A stretch of 64,000 nucleotides of DNA from a bacterium (GCA_026417575.1 JAOACZ010000128.1:5127-69126), one strand, 5' to 3'; shown: positions 51,598-60,843, counted from the stretch's first letter. The notes: generated by a model from the letters alone, not told the origin. Program-made: numbers and translations.

Positions 51598-51621
51598 CAG
51601 ACCCCTGACGGTGCGATTAGT

Positions 51622-52137
51622 TTATTTGCATTCGCCGCACGGGGGTGGACAGGCTGGAGGACAGCTCGGCGGGCACGGCTTCTTCCAGGACTTTTTGCCC
51701 TTGCACGGGTAGGGGCAGGGGCGGCCCTTGGGTGCGAGCGGGATGCAGCCTTGCCGTGGATTTACGTACGTTTGCTTTGTGGGTGGGATCCAGCGCGCAT
51801 CCCACACAAAATCTGGCACGAGGTCATGGTAGTACAGGCCTTTGCCCGTCAGCCCGAACGTGACGACATCTGTTACGCCTGCGAGCTCACGCCAGGTTGT
51901 TAAAAAAGCACCTTTGATCGGCCCGCTGAGGAAGCCTACGATCGGGATGCGGGAGTTTTCATAAATCAGGCCACGCGGAATTTCGAGCCAGCCCGTCATG
52001 ATGTTCGCGAAACCGCGCGCCACCCCGTAAGCCGGGTTGATCGGTTTGGCGCCAGACGGCCTCGCCTGGTGCGACTTGCCAGCCATCAATGTCGTTGCTG
52101 CCATCAGAACGGCAAGTGCACATGCGAGTGCTTTCAT
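51622..52137 (-). CDS. Small secreted family protein (recalled as 'exosortase system-associated, TIGR04073-like') fused to a Cys/Pro-rich C-terminal tail
   Basis: Signal peptide MKALACALAVLMAATTLMA. Family core is GFANIMTGWLEIPRGLIYEN...GFLSGPIKG...GLTGKG...PDFVWDARW. The tail CPYPCKGKKSWKKPCPPSCPPACPPPCGECK has four Cx3C motifs and one CxxC. GAGGAG RBS. Confidence 0.6.
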   Translation of the reverse strand: MKALACALAVLMAATTLMAGKSHQARPSGAKPINPAYGVARGFANIMTGWLEIPRGLIYENSRIPIVGFLSGPIKGAFLTTWRELAGVTDVVTFGLTGKGLYYHDLVPDFVWDARWIPPTKQTYVNPRQGCIPLAPKGRPCPYPCKGKKSWKKPCPPSCPPACPPPCGECK

Positions 52138-52207
52138 ATCTGCTCCTCAGGTTAGGGTTATGCGCGCCGCACACGGCGGCTGCGCCGGAGAGCTGCGATT
52201 CTGGTGT

Positions 52208-52237
52208 ATTGTACCACACCTCCAGGGCTGTTTGCAA
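52208..52237 (-). promoter_or_regulatory. Sigma70-type promoter for the 52137-to-40525 minus-strand gene string
   Basis: Minus strand reads TTGCAA (52237-52232), an 18-nt spacer, then TACAAT (52213-52208). This sits about 65 nt upstream of the ATG at 52137. Confidence 0.5.
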
Positions 52238-52241
52238 TGCT

Positions 52242-52270
52242 TTGACTCTCTCACGGCCTTCTGCTATAAT
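52242..52270 (+). promoter_or_regulatory. Consensus sigma70 promoter for the aminopeptidase gene, back-to-back with the minus-strand promoter
   Basis: TTGACT (52242-52247), 17-nt spacer, TATAAT (52265-52270). The predicted TSS falls at or next to the GTG at 52278. Confidence 0.55.
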
Positions 52271-52277
52271 TTCGCTA

Positions 52278-53366
52278 GTGAGAACAGAATGGATAGAGCG
52301 TTGGGCGCGCTTGTTGGTGCGCCATGCGATACGTGTGACCCGCGGCAGCGTGATTAAAGTTCGCGGTACGGTGGAGGCGCGCGCGTTGATGACCGCCGTA
52401 TACGCGGAACTGCTGCGTGCGGGCGCGCATCCGCGCATGACAGCTGTGCTCCCTGAGTTGACGCATCTTTTCTACACCTTGGCGAGTCGTGAGCAGCTCG
52501 GCTACCTCTCGCCGCTCGACGTGCATGAAGCGCGGCATTGTGATGGCTTTATCACGATCAAAAGCGATACCAACACCCGCGAGCTCTCGACCATTCCAGC
52601 GGAAAAACAGGTTATCACGATGAAAGCGGCGAAGCCACTTTCTGACATTATTATCAAGAACGACAACTGGACACTAACACTCTACCCGACCGCGGCCTAT
52701 GCGCAGGACGCCGACATGGCCATGAGCGAATTTGAAACGTTTGTGGCCAAGGCGTTATTTCTGGACAAATCCGATCCAGTGGCAGCCTGGCAGGAGCAAG
52801 AGCGCTGGCAGGCCAAGCTGGTGCGGCGGCTGGCAGCGGCAAAAACGGTGCGAATTGTCGGTCACGATACGGACCTTTCGCTGAGCGTAGCGGGGCGCAC
52901 GGTCCTCAATGACGGTGGGCATCACAACATCCCCGGGGGTGAGATTTTCACAGCGCCGCTCGAGACAAGTGCAGAGGGACGCATTCGCTACACGTATCCG
53001 GTCGTGGCGTACGGGCGTGAAATCAGCGACATTTATCTTGAATTTGCGCGTGGAAGAGTCGTCAAAGCTAGTGCGGCCAAACATGAGGAATTTTTACACA
53101 AGATGTTAGACATGGATGCGGGTGCACGTTATCTTGGTGAGTTTGGGATTGGTACGAATTATGGCATTCAGCGGTTTGTGCGCAACATTCTGTTCGATGA
53201 AAAGATTGGGGGGAGTGTGCATCTTGCTGTCGGCCGCAGCTATCCGAAGTGCGGTGGCCGCAACAAATCCGCGCTGCATTGGGACATGATTAAGGATCTG
53301 CGTCAAGGTGGCATGTTGTATTTTGATGGAACGCTTGTGCAGCGTGACGGGAAGTTTCTCATTTGA
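52278..53366 (+). CDS. M29-family (AmpS/PepS-like) aminopeptidase, probably leaderless with a GTG start
   Basis: WIERWARLLVRHAIRVTRGSVIKVRG aligns with the AmpS N-terminus. There is no in-frame ATG between the promoter and this region. The track's ORF begins upstream of and inside the divergent promoter. Confidence 0.55.
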   Translation: MRTEWIERWARLLVRHAIRVTRGSVIKVRGTVEARALMTAVYAELLRAGAHPRMTAVLPELTHLFYTLASREQLGYLSPLDVHEARHCDGFITIKSDTNTRELSTIPAEKQVITMKAAKPLSDIIIKNDNWTLTLYPTAAYAQDADMAMSEFETFVAKALFLDKSDPVAAWQEQERWQAKLVRRLAAAKTVRIVGHDTDLSLSVAGRTVLNDGGHHNIPGGEIFTAPLETSAEGRIRYTYPVVAYGREISDIYLEFARGRVVKASAAKHEEFLHKMLDMDAGARYLGEFGIGTNYGIQRFVRNILFDEKIGGSVHLAVGRSYPKCGGRNKSALHWDMIKDLRQGGMLYFDGTLVQRDGKFLI

Positions 53367-53382
53367 TGCGCAGGAGGCTGGT

Positions 53383-54081
53383 ATGAAAGCGTTCATTACG
53401 TGTGTGATCCTCCTTGTGATGGCAAGCTCGCTTTACGCGGCGCAGGATGTGCTTATTCTCAAAACGAAGAAACGCCTGGTCGGAACGGTGACAAATGTCA
53501 CGGAGCGCGGGTTGAGCATTCGCACGGCTCAGGGACTGTTTACGTATCCGTGGGAGGCGTTGCACGAGCAGTCCTTAAAGATCTACAATCCGCCGATGTA
53601 CGAGAAGCTGATGGAGCAGCGACGCAAAGCGTTTGAAGAACTCAAGCGCAAGCAAGGCCTAGTACAGTACAAAGGGCGGTGGATGACGCCGAAACAGAAA
53701 GAGGCGGCAGAGATGCGCGATAAGGGCATGGATTTGTTTGAGGGCAAATGGCTACCCACTAACGAGATCGCGGCGATTAAATTCCGTCGCCAGATGGAAG
53801 CTGAAGGCAAGATTGAATACAAAGGGCAGTGGTATACGGAAGCTGAACTTGCGGAAGTGAAGGAAATGGAGCGCAACCGTGGTCTGAAGGTGGGCATGAA
53901 AGAAGATGAAGTCATTGCCAAGTGGGGCAAGCCCACGCGGCGAAAGGAGTCTGAGTCATTTAAGGCCCAGCAGATGGAAATGTGGTTTTACGCGCGAGAA
54001 GACGAGGGTGTCGAAGATCGGTTGTTGTTCAAGATGGGTACGCTGAGCGAAATTCAGCTTGACCAACCGTTGTCAGAATAA
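53383..54081 (+). CDS. Secreted hypothetical protein with three YKG(R/Q)W repeats and a C-terminal BamE/SmpA-OmlA-like segment
   Basis: Start MKAFITCVILLVMASSLYAAQD (signal peptide) after an AGGAGG RBS. Repeats LVQYKGRWMTPKQKEAAEMR, LFEGKWLPTNEIAAIKFRR and IEYKGQWYTEAELAEVKEM. C-terminal segment is GMKEDEVIAKWGKP. Confidence 0.5.
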   Translation: MKAFITCVILLVMASSLYAAQDVLILKTKKRLVGTVTNVTERGLSIRTAQGLFTYPWEALHEQSLKIYNPPMYEKLMEQRRKAFEELKRKQGLVQYKGRWMTPKQKEAAEMRDKGMDLFEGKWLPTNEIAAIKFRRQMEAEGKIEYKGQWYTEAELAEVKEMERNRGLKVGMKEDEVIAKWGKPTRRKESESFKAQQMEMWFYAREDEGVEDRLLFKMGTLSEIQLDQPLSE

Positions 54082-54111
54082 CCGTGTAACGTAACCAGAG
54101 GAGCGATCGAA

Positions 54112-54312
54112 TGTCACGTCATCCCAGCTTCGGCAAAACTGGCATTGTCAAGAAACGTAACGTGTTAAAACGCTTTCAACGGATTGATCTTCTAAGAAAG
54201 CAGGGGCGCTTTAAGGAAGGCGACTCTGTCTACGGCTTGCCCAAGACCAAACCGCAGGCGTGAGGCCGGGCATGAGGATTCCCGTCATTGCGGGCAATTG
54301 GAAGATGCATAA
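54112..54312 (+). CDS. Small basic protein of about 66 aa, not in the supplied ORF track; resembles the PVC-type 'small basic protein' family
   Basis: GAGGAG RBS 7 nt upstream of the ATG. Product is MSRHPSFGKTGIVKKRNVLKRFQRIDLLRKQGRFKEGDSVYGLPRPNRRREAGHEDSRHCGQLEDA. The 3' end overlaps the tpiA start in another frame. Confidence 0.45.
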
Positions 54313-55036
54313 GACCGTGGCCGAGGCTGTGGCCACGGTGACTGAGTTGAAAAGGCGGCTGGCGGGTGTGACTGGCGTGAAGGTGGTGGTGTGCCCGCCG
54401 TTTCTCGCCATAAAGGCGGTGGCAGATGCTCTCGGTGGTACGGCGATCGGCGTGGGTGCGCAGGATTGTTTTTGGGAAAGCTTTGGCGCGTTTACGGGCG
54501 AGGTGAGCCCGGAGATGATCAAAGAAGCGGGTGCGACGTATGTCATCATTGGCCATAGCGAGCGCCGCCAGTATTTTCACGAAACGAACGAGACCGTGAA
54601 CAAGAAAGTTAAAAAGGCGCTGGCAGCGGGTTTGACGCCGATCGTGTGCGTAGGCGAGACGTTAGCCGAGCGGGAAGCCGGGCAAACGGAACGGGTGGTG
54701 AATGATCACGTGACGAAAGGGCTGGCGGGGTTGAACGCGCATGAGGTAAGGCGGTGTATCATCGCGTACGAGCCTGTGTGGGCGATTGGGACGGGCAAGA
54801 CGGCTACACCCCAGCAAGCGCAGGAAGTGCACGCGTTTATCCGGCAACGCCTTGCGCAGTTGTGGGATTCTGCGACCGCCGCCACGGTGATCATCCAATA
54901 TGGGGGCAGTGTCAAGCCAGAGAACATTAAGGAGCTCATGGCCGAGCCGGACATTGACGGCGCGCTGGTGGGCGGCGCGAGCCTGGAAGCCGCCTCGTTT
55001 GAAAAAATCGTGAAGTACAACGGACCGATGACGTAA
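54272..55036 (+). CDS. tpiA: Triosephosphate isomerase
   Basis: MRIPVIAGNWKMHKT start and AIGHSERR catalytic motif. The ATG at 54272 is preferred over the track's GTG at 54260. Confidence 0.85.
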   Translation: MRIPVIAGNWKMHKTVAEAVATVTELKRRLAGVTGVKVVVCPPFLAIKAVADALGGTAIGVGAQDCFWESFGAFTGEVSPEMIKEAGATYVIIGHSERRQYFHETNETVNKKVKKALAAGLTPIVCVGETLAEREAGQTERVVNDHVTKGLAGLNAHEVRRCIIAYEPVWAIGTGKTATPQQAQEVHAFIRQRLAQLWDSATAATVIIQYGGSVKPENIKELMAEPDIDGALVGGASLEAASFEKIVKYNGPMT

Positions 55037-55290
55037 GCAGGCGCGTTAAATTACGGAGGAGCCAGAAAAGCCTTGTCGTGAGCACCACGGCGAAACAGAT
55101 GCTTCATGGACGCAGTGGCTGTCGCGAAAGGAGATTGTATCGAAGCCCGCGGCAGCCAGTTGGTGTGAGATTCGTGACGGTCAGGACCCGATTGCCCGTC
55201 TTTGAGTGTGCTTGTGCGGGAATTTTATGTTTACGTTTCTTTCACATCAATTTGCGGTGATCTTTATTTCGGCGACGTAGCATCTGTACG

Positions 55291-56256
55291 ATGCGGTGGT
55301 TTTGGTTAATTTGCGCACTGATGTCGGCCTTGGCAACAAGGGCGTACGCCGCAGGTGAGGGGCCAGGAAGCTTGATAGTGATTACGAATGCGCGCTACGT
55401 TGCGCGCGGCGGGAACGACGGGGATAGTTTTCACGTAGCGCTCGATGGTCAGGTGCGCGCGGTGCGTTTGTACTTCGTCGACACGCCAGAAACGACGGCG
55501 TCAGAACTAACCGTGCGTCGGGTGCGTGAGCAGATGCGCTATTTTGGACACACGAATCCGGCGCACACTGTGGCGTATGGGCATCGTGCGGCGGCGTTCA
55601 CGCGCCGGCTGCTGCGTCAGCCGTTCACTGTCTATACGGCGTTTGCCAATGCGCTCGGCAGCACGGAGGGCGGGCGTATCTATGTGTTCGTGGTGACTGC
55701 GGACGGCAAAGATCTTGGCGAGGAGTTGGTGAGGCGTGGACTGGCACGCGCCTATGGCATGGGCCGCACCACGCCTAGTGGCCTTTCGCGTGAAGAGTAC
55801 GCAGCCCGGCTGTGCGACTTGGAACTGGTAGCGGCGATGACGCGCGCGGGGGCATGGGAGGCGAGCGTACCTGAACGTTTGGTGAAGCTACGCGCGCAGG
55901 AGCGGGAGGAAGCGCAGGGAGTGCGTGCAATCACGAGCTCCCTCGCTGCGCAACATTCGCGCATTAACCTGAACACCGCGACACGCGAGGAACTGATGCA
56001 GCTTAAGGGTGTCGGTGCCAAGCGCGCGGAAGCAATTATGCGTGCGCGGCCCTTTACGTCAGCTGCGGACGTGTTTTCGCGTGCCAGGCTTGCCACGGCG
56101 CGTAACGCACGCGATACTCTCCCAGGTGGAATGGTAAAACTGGGGGCACGGTTGCACTCAGCGCGGGTGAGGCTGCGTAGTGCCCTCTTAGGCCATGCGC
56201 TCGATAACGTGGCGCCCAAACTCCGAACACTTGACTTCGCGGGCTCCTTCCATTAG
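55291..56256 (+). CDS. Secreted nuclease fusing a staphylococcal-nuclease (SNase) domain to a ComEA-like helix-hairpin-helix DNA-binding domain
   Basis: Signal peptide [20 protein letters not shown]. SNase-like segment [24 protein letters not shown]. HhH segment [31 protein letters not shown]. The 3' end overlaps icd convergently by 69 bp. Confidence 0.55.
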   Translation: MRWFWLICALMSALATRAYAAGEGPGSLIVITNARYVARGGNDGDSFHVALDGQVRAVRLYFVDTPETTASELTVRRVREQMRYFGHTNPAHTVAYGHRAAAFTRRLLRQPFTVYTAFANALGSTEGGRIYVFVVTADGKDLGEELVRRGLARAYGMGRTTPSGLSREEYAARLCDLELVAAMTRAGAWEASVPERLVKLRAQEREEAQGVRAITSSLAAQHSRINLNTATREELMQLKGVGAKRAEAIMRARPFTSAADVFSRARLATARNARDTLPGGMVKLGARLHSARVRLRSALLGHALDNVAPKLRTLDFAGSFH

Positions 56257-57459
56257 TCGCGCAAAATCATATGTGACAATCTTGTCCGCGATAGTGCGCT
56301 CAAGTCCCCGCACGATCAAATCGGCTGCTTCCTGCCACCCCAAGTATTCGAACATCATCACACCGGAAAGGATTACCGAGCCAGGGTTCACGACGTCTTT
56401 ATCTGCGTATTTCGGAGCAGTGCCGTGGGTCGCTTCGAAGATGGCATGGCCGGTCATGTAGTTGATATTCGCGCCGGGGGCAATTCCAATTCCGCCCACT
56501 TGCGCTGCGAGCGCGTCGGAGAGATAATCACCATTCAGGTTCATGGTTGCCAACACGTCAAACTCTCTGGCGCGGGTAAGGGTCTGTTGGAAGCAAATAT
56601 CGGCGATGACATCCTTGATCAAAAGCTTGCCAGCAGCAAGTGCGGCCTGCTGTTCTGCGTTTGCCGCGGCCTCGCCGCGTTCTTTCTTTGTGTGTTCCCA
56701 TTGCTGCCAAGTATAGACCTTGTCAGCGAATTCACGCTCGGCCACCTCATAGCCCCAGGTGCGGAAGGCTCCTTCGGTGTACTTCATAATATTGCCTTTG
56801 TGAACCAAGGTGACACTGCGGCGCTTGTGCTTAAGGGCGTAGGTGATGGCGGCGCGGACGAGGCGCTCTGTTCCTTCGCGTGAGACGGGCTTGATACTGA
56901 TGCCCGCGGTGGCGGGGAAGCGTATCTTGGCAAACTCGGCGGGGAAGTGTTCCTTGAGAAGGCCAAGGAAGCGATCGCGCTCTGGCGTGCCGTCTTGAAA
57001 TTCGATCCCAGTGTAGATGTCCTCCGTGTTCTCGCGGAAGATGACCATGTTGACATCTTGAGGGCATTTGACCGGGGAGGGGACGCCTTCAAACCAGCGT
57101 ACCGGGCGCAGGCAGACGTACAAATCAAGCAACTTGCGCAGAGCGACATTTAAGCTGCGAATCCCGCCACCCACAGGTGTTGTGAGCGGGCCTTTGATGG
57201 CCACGCGGTAGGTGCTGATCGCGTCAAGTGTGGCTTGGGGCAGCCAGTCGCCCGTCTGTGCAAACGCCTTTTCTCCGGCGAGAACTTCCAGCCACTCAAT
57301 ACGGCGCGTGCCACGATACGCCAGGCGCACAGCGGCGTCAAACACCGGTTGTGCCGCACGCCAGATATCGCGCCCGGTACCGTCGCCTTCAATGAACGGA
57401 ATGGTGGGCGTGTCAGGTACACACAGCGCACCGCTGGGGTCAAGTACAATTGTTGCCAT
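56188..57459 (-). CDS. icd: NADP-dependent isocitrate dehydrogenase (homodimeric prokaryotic type)
   Basis: 423 aa with the IDH/IMDH signature region [25 protein letters not shown]. Confidence 0.85.
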   Translation of the reverse strand: MATIVLDPSGALCVPDTPTIPFIEGDGTGRDIWRAAQPVFDAAVRLAYRGTRRIEWLEVLAGEKAFAQTGDWLPQATLDAISTYRVAIKGPLTTPVGGGIRSLNVALRKLLDLYVCLRPVRWFEGVPSPVKCPQDVNMVIFRENTEDIYTGIEFQDGTPERDRFLGLLKEHFPAEFAKIRFPATAGISIKPVSREGTERLVRAAITYALKHKRRSVTLVHKGNIMKYTEGAFRTWGYEVAEREFADKVYTWQQWEHTKKERGEAAANAEQQAALAAGKLLIKDVIADICFQQTLTRAREFDVLATMNLNGDYLSDALAAQVGGIGIAPGANINYMTGHAIFEATHGTAPKYADKDVVNPGSVILSGVMMFEYLGWQEAADLIVRGLERTIADKIVTYDFARLMEGAREVKCSEFGRHVIERMA

Positions 57460-57468
57460 GAGACTTGT

Positions 57469-58887
57469 TTAGTACCGGTAATGAGGCGGCTTGTACGGTC
57501 CGTCAATGTCAACGCCGATGTACGCGGCCTGCTCGGGGGTGAGCCGCGTCAATTTGGCGCCAAGCTTTTCTAAATGTAGGCGAGCCACTTCCTCGTCAAG
57601 CTTTTTCGACAAGGTGGTCACGCCAATTGGTTTGCGTTCGCGCGCCAAATCAATTTGGGCCATGACTTGGTTGGTGAATGAGTTTGACATGACGAAGGAA
57701 GGGTGGCCTGTGGCGCAGCCTAGATTCACAAGTCGGCCCTCAGCGAGCAAGTAAATCGAGTGACCGTCGGGAAATGTGTACATATCCACTTGCGGTTTGA
57801 TGTTGGTGCGTTTGACGCCGGGTGCTCTCTTCAATGCGTCCACTTGGATTTCGTTGTCGAAGTGTCCGATGTTGCAGACGATGGACTGGTCGAGCATCTT
57901 TTCCATGTGTTCCAAGCGGATGACGTTGATGTTGCCGGTAGCCGTCACAAAGATAGTGGCTTCAGCCAATGCGTCCTCGACGGTGGTGACTTTGTAGCCC
58001 TCCATGGCAGCCTGCAGGGCACAGATAGGATCGATCTCAGTAACTAGTACACGCGCGCCAAACCCGCGCATGGATTGACAGCATCCTTTGCCCACATCGC
58101 CGTAGCCGCACACGCATACCGTCTTGCCCGCGACCATTACACCCAGTGCGCGCTTCAGCCCGTCGGCGAGTGATTCGCGACAACCGTACAAATTGTCGAA
58201 TTTCGACTTGGTAACCGAATCGTTTACGTTGATGGCAGGGAAAAGAAGGGTGCCGTTTTGCAGCATCTGGTACAAGCGGTTGACGCCGGTCGTGGTCTCT
58301 TCCGAGACGCCACGAATCTCCTTGACAATGCGGTGCCAGTACGTGCGGTCGCGCTTCAGCTGCCGTTTGAGAATCGCGTTGACCACAGCAAGTTCTTTGT
58401 TGCCGTTATCATCCTCGAGGATGGCTGGGTTTTCCTCGGCGGCGTAGCCACGGTGAATCAGTAAGGTGGCATCACCTCCGTCATCCACGATTTGATGTGG
58501 GCCTTTACCGCCCGGGAAGCTTAAAGCGCGCCGTGTACACTCCCAGTACTCTTCCAGCGTTTCTCCTTTCCACGCGAAGACAGGAATGCCAGCCTTCGCA
58601 ATTGCGGCTGCTGCGTCGTCCTGGGTGGAGAAAATGTTGCATGAGGCCCACTGCACCTGTGCACCGAGAGCCCGCAAAGTCTCGATCAACACAGCCGTCT
58701 CGGTCGTCATGTGCAACGAGCCAGTGATACGCAGCCCTTTCAGTGGCTGCTCCTTGGCATATTTTTCTCGCGTAGCCATGAGGCCGGGCATCTCATGTTC
58801 TGCAATCGTGATTTCCTTTCGGCCAGCCTCGGCAAGGCGAATATCCGCGACTTTATACTTGAGTTTGCTGTAATCCGGTAATCTCAT
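57469..58887 (-). CDS. ahcY: Adenosylhomocysteinase
   Basis: 472 aa, [27 protein letters not shown]-terminus and the NAD-binding motif CGYGDVGKG. Confidence 0.9.
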   Translation of the reverse strand: MRLPDYSKLKYKVADIRLAEAGRKEITIAEHEMPGLMATREKYAKEQPLKGLRITGSLHMTTETAVLIETLRALGAQVQWASCNIFSTQDDAAAAIAKAGIPVFAWKGETLEEYWECTRRALSFPGGKGPHQIVDDGGDATLLIHRGYAAEENPAILEDDNGNKELAVVNAILKRQLKRDRTYWHRIVKEIRGVSEETTTGVNRLYQMLQNGTLLFPAINVNDSVTKSKFDNLYGCRESLADGLKRALGVMVAGKTVCVCGYGDVGKGCCQSMRGFGARVLVTEIDPICALQAAMEGYKVTTVEDALAEATIFVTATGNINVIRLEHMEKMLDQSIVCNIGHFDNEIQVDALKRAPGVKRTNIKPQVDMYTFPDGHSIYLLAEGRLVNLGCATGHPSFVMSNSFTNQVMAQIDLARERKPIGVTTLSKKLDEEVARLHLEKLGAKLTRLTPEQAAYIGVDIDGPYKPPHYRY

Positions 58888-58933
58888 AGCATCTCATGGG
58901 TGATAAGTGAGAGAAACAACCAGGGACAAACTT

Positions 58934-59560
58934 TCAGTACGGTGTTTCCATATTTTCTTCGACGGCTTCTTCCTCCTCGAACTCGACTTGGAGGCTTTCT
59001 TCGCCTGGGGCGGGTGGCGCGTAGGGGGACCACTGTGCTGCGAACACAAATTCCGGAAAGAGGTCAGGTGAGAATGCACTTGGTCCGGTCATACCGAACA
59101 TCATGACATCCACAACTCCGAGGACGGCGCGGGAAGTCATGAAGAAGAGACCTTTTAGCAAGCCGCTTCCTATGCCAAGGACCGGAAAATTGACATTTTC
59201 AATAACCAGGTTGCGGGGCAATTCCAGCCAGCAGGTAGAAAGGTTTACGCATCCACGAAAGAAGGCCCAGGGAGGGTTGAGCTCGCGCGGGTAGGTGGGG
59301 CGGGGCGGGGGTGCGGGCGTTGGTACTGGCGTAGGAGTTGGCAACGCCGCAGCCTCTGTCGCAGGCTTGGCAGCCGCTGTTGGCGCTACTGGCGGAGGGC
59401 TCACAGGGGTGGGAGCGGAGGGGGGCGTTGCGAGCGTTGGTGCATTAGTTGCGATTGCATTAGCGCTCACATGTGCCACCGTGCTGATGTTTGTCGCGTG
59501 CGTAAGCCACGCACTGCCCAGGGCAATTGTTAGGCTCGCGATCAAGCGCTGTGTCTTCAT
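58934..59560 (-). CDS. Small secreted family protein, paralog A, with a Pro-rich N-terminal linker
   Basis: Signal peptide; core FFRGCVNLSTCWLELPRNLVIEN...GIGSGLLKG...FGMTGPS...PEFVFAAQW. AAGGAG RBS. Confidence 0.55.
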   Translation of the reverse strand: MKTQRLIASLTIALGSAWLTHATNISTVAHVSANAIATNAPTLATPPSAPTPVSPPPVAPTAAAKPATEAAALPTPTPVPTPAPPPRPTYPRELNPPWAFFRGCVNLSTCWLELPRNLVIENVNFPVLGIGSGLLKGLFFMTSRAVLGVVDVMMFGMTGPSAFSPDLFPEFVFAAQWSPYAPPAPGEESLQVEFEEEEAVEENMETPY

Positions 59561-59634
59561 CTGGAACTCCTTGTGACGTCTGGTGTGGCGAATAGCTCAT
59601 CTATGCAAGATGGGTAGACTCCTCCTCATGCAGC

Positions 59635-60042
59635 TTAGTAGAGCTCAGCTTTGTCCGAGAGCCAGGGGTCTTCCCACGGATAATCAGGCACGGCCGTAGC
59701 ATAGCCATAATGGCCCGTGTAACCAACGGAAAGCAGGTCCACCACGCCGAACAGCGTGCGCATCGCAGTCATAGTTGTGCCCATGAGAGGGCCGGTGAGC
59801 ACTGCCGAGAGAGGCCTTCGAGTGAATTCGTAACTTAAATTGCGGGGCAGCTCGAGCCAGCCCAACAGCACATTGGCTGCGCCGCGTTGCATCCCGAAAC
59901 GCATGGCCTCGCCTGTGGTGTCAAACTCGTATTCTGGCATGAGGGCGAAGGCAGCGTCGTCTCCCTCATTTTGGGCGCGCACGAGCGTGGGATTGGACAC
60001 TATGAGAAGAATCGTGACGAGTATTGCTGCAAAAGGTTTCAT
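59635..60042 (-). CDS. Small secreted family protein, paralog B
   Basis: Start MKPFAAILVTILLIV (signal peptide, GGAGAC RBS). Core GMQRGAANVLLGWLELPRNLSYEF...GPLMG...SVGYTGHYG...PDYPWEDPW. Confidence 0.55.
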   Translation of the reverse strand: MKPFAAILVTILLIVSNPTLVRAQNEGDDAAFALMPEYEFDTTGEAMRFGMQRGAANVLLGWLELPRNLSYEFTRRPLSAVLTGPLMGTTMTAMRTLFGVVDLLSVGYTGHYGYATAVPDYPWEDPWLSDKAELY

Positions 60043-60069
60043 GAAAGAACGTCTCCGTGACATAAGGGA

Positions 60070-60843
60070 TTACCGTGGGGGGCGGGGTGTGCCGCCGGGG
60101 AGTGTTGGGTCAGCCACGCTAGCTGCTGGTGGCGGAGGGGCAAGGGATGGAGCGCTGCGTACACGTGCATCTGTAGTGCCCACCGTGACGGGGGCTGTGC
60201 CCGGCTGAACAATTTTGCGTGGGGTAGCTGGGCCAACGGGTTCGTCGCTGGTGTGAAGTGTAGGCGGCTGGAGCGTTTCGTGATAGAACCAATCGCCTTG
60301 CCACACGAAGTCAGGGTAACCGCGCGCCAACCGTATGTCGCCGAAGTAACCCAGAGTCACTATGTCGGCCACACCCGCCGACATTCGGCTCATACCGCCG
60401 CCGAGGCCAGCTAGCCATGACGTGCCCAGTGCTTCATACCATGGGCGCTGGCTAGAGAATTCATACGTGAAGCCGCGCACAAGCTCGCCGGGCCAGAGGG
60501 TGAGGTTGGCAAACCCTCGCCAGAGACCGAAACCCATGACACGCCAGAGAGCAGTTGTGCGCATGGGAGGGGCGGTAAGTTCCTGGTAAGCGGATTCGCT
60601 GAGCAGATCGAGGTCCGGCACAGCCGCAGGTTGTGCGCCCGTAGGGCGAGCTTGCCCCAGCTCGGCGCGCGGAACCACAGGCGCGGCGAGCGGCAATCGC
60701 TCGGGAGCCGACGTTGGCGCACTCGCGCCAGCGCGCCCCACTACGCTTGTCGCCGGCTCCAATACCTGTGGTAACAGGACGTCGCCGTGTGCCAGCCATG
60801 CGGTGGCCACTACTGCTGCCCCAAGCCAACGGAGCGTCTTCAT
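60070..60843 (-). CDS. Small secreted family protein, paralog C
   Basis: Start MKTLRWLGAAVVATAWLAHG (signal peptide). Core GLWRGFANLTLWPGELVRGFTYEF...GLGGGMSR...LGYFGD...PDFVWQGDW. Confidence 0.5.
   Translation of the reverse strand: MKTLRWLGAAVVATAWLAHGDVLLPQVLEPATSVVGRAGASAPTSAPERLPLAAPVVPRAELGQARPTGAQPAAVPDLDLLSESAYQELTAPPMRTTALWRVMGFGLWRGFANLTLWPGELVRGFTYEFSSQRPWYEALGTSWLAGLGGGMSRMSAGVADIVTLGYFGDIRLARGYPDFVWQGDWFYHETLQPPTLHTSDEPVGPATPRKIVQPGTAPVTVGTTDARVRSAPSLAPPPPAASVADPTLPGGTPRPPR

Noticed and set aside
54260-54271. Track start (GTG 54260) for tpiA and similar 5'-most alternative starts for the C10 (26704), gltB (34450), TIM-barrel isomerase (13235), FucI-like (14541) and COG4091 (17926) genes
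   Set aside because: Downstream ATGs give canonical N-termini, signal peptides and/or good RBS spacing. Several of the upstream extensions would run over promoters or neighbouring genes.
57469-58933. Looked for an SAH riboswitch upstream of ahcY
   Set aside because: Only 46 nt separate ahcY from the upstream gene, and no SAH-element-like conserved sequence was recognisable by eye. Not called. An Rfam scan would settle it.
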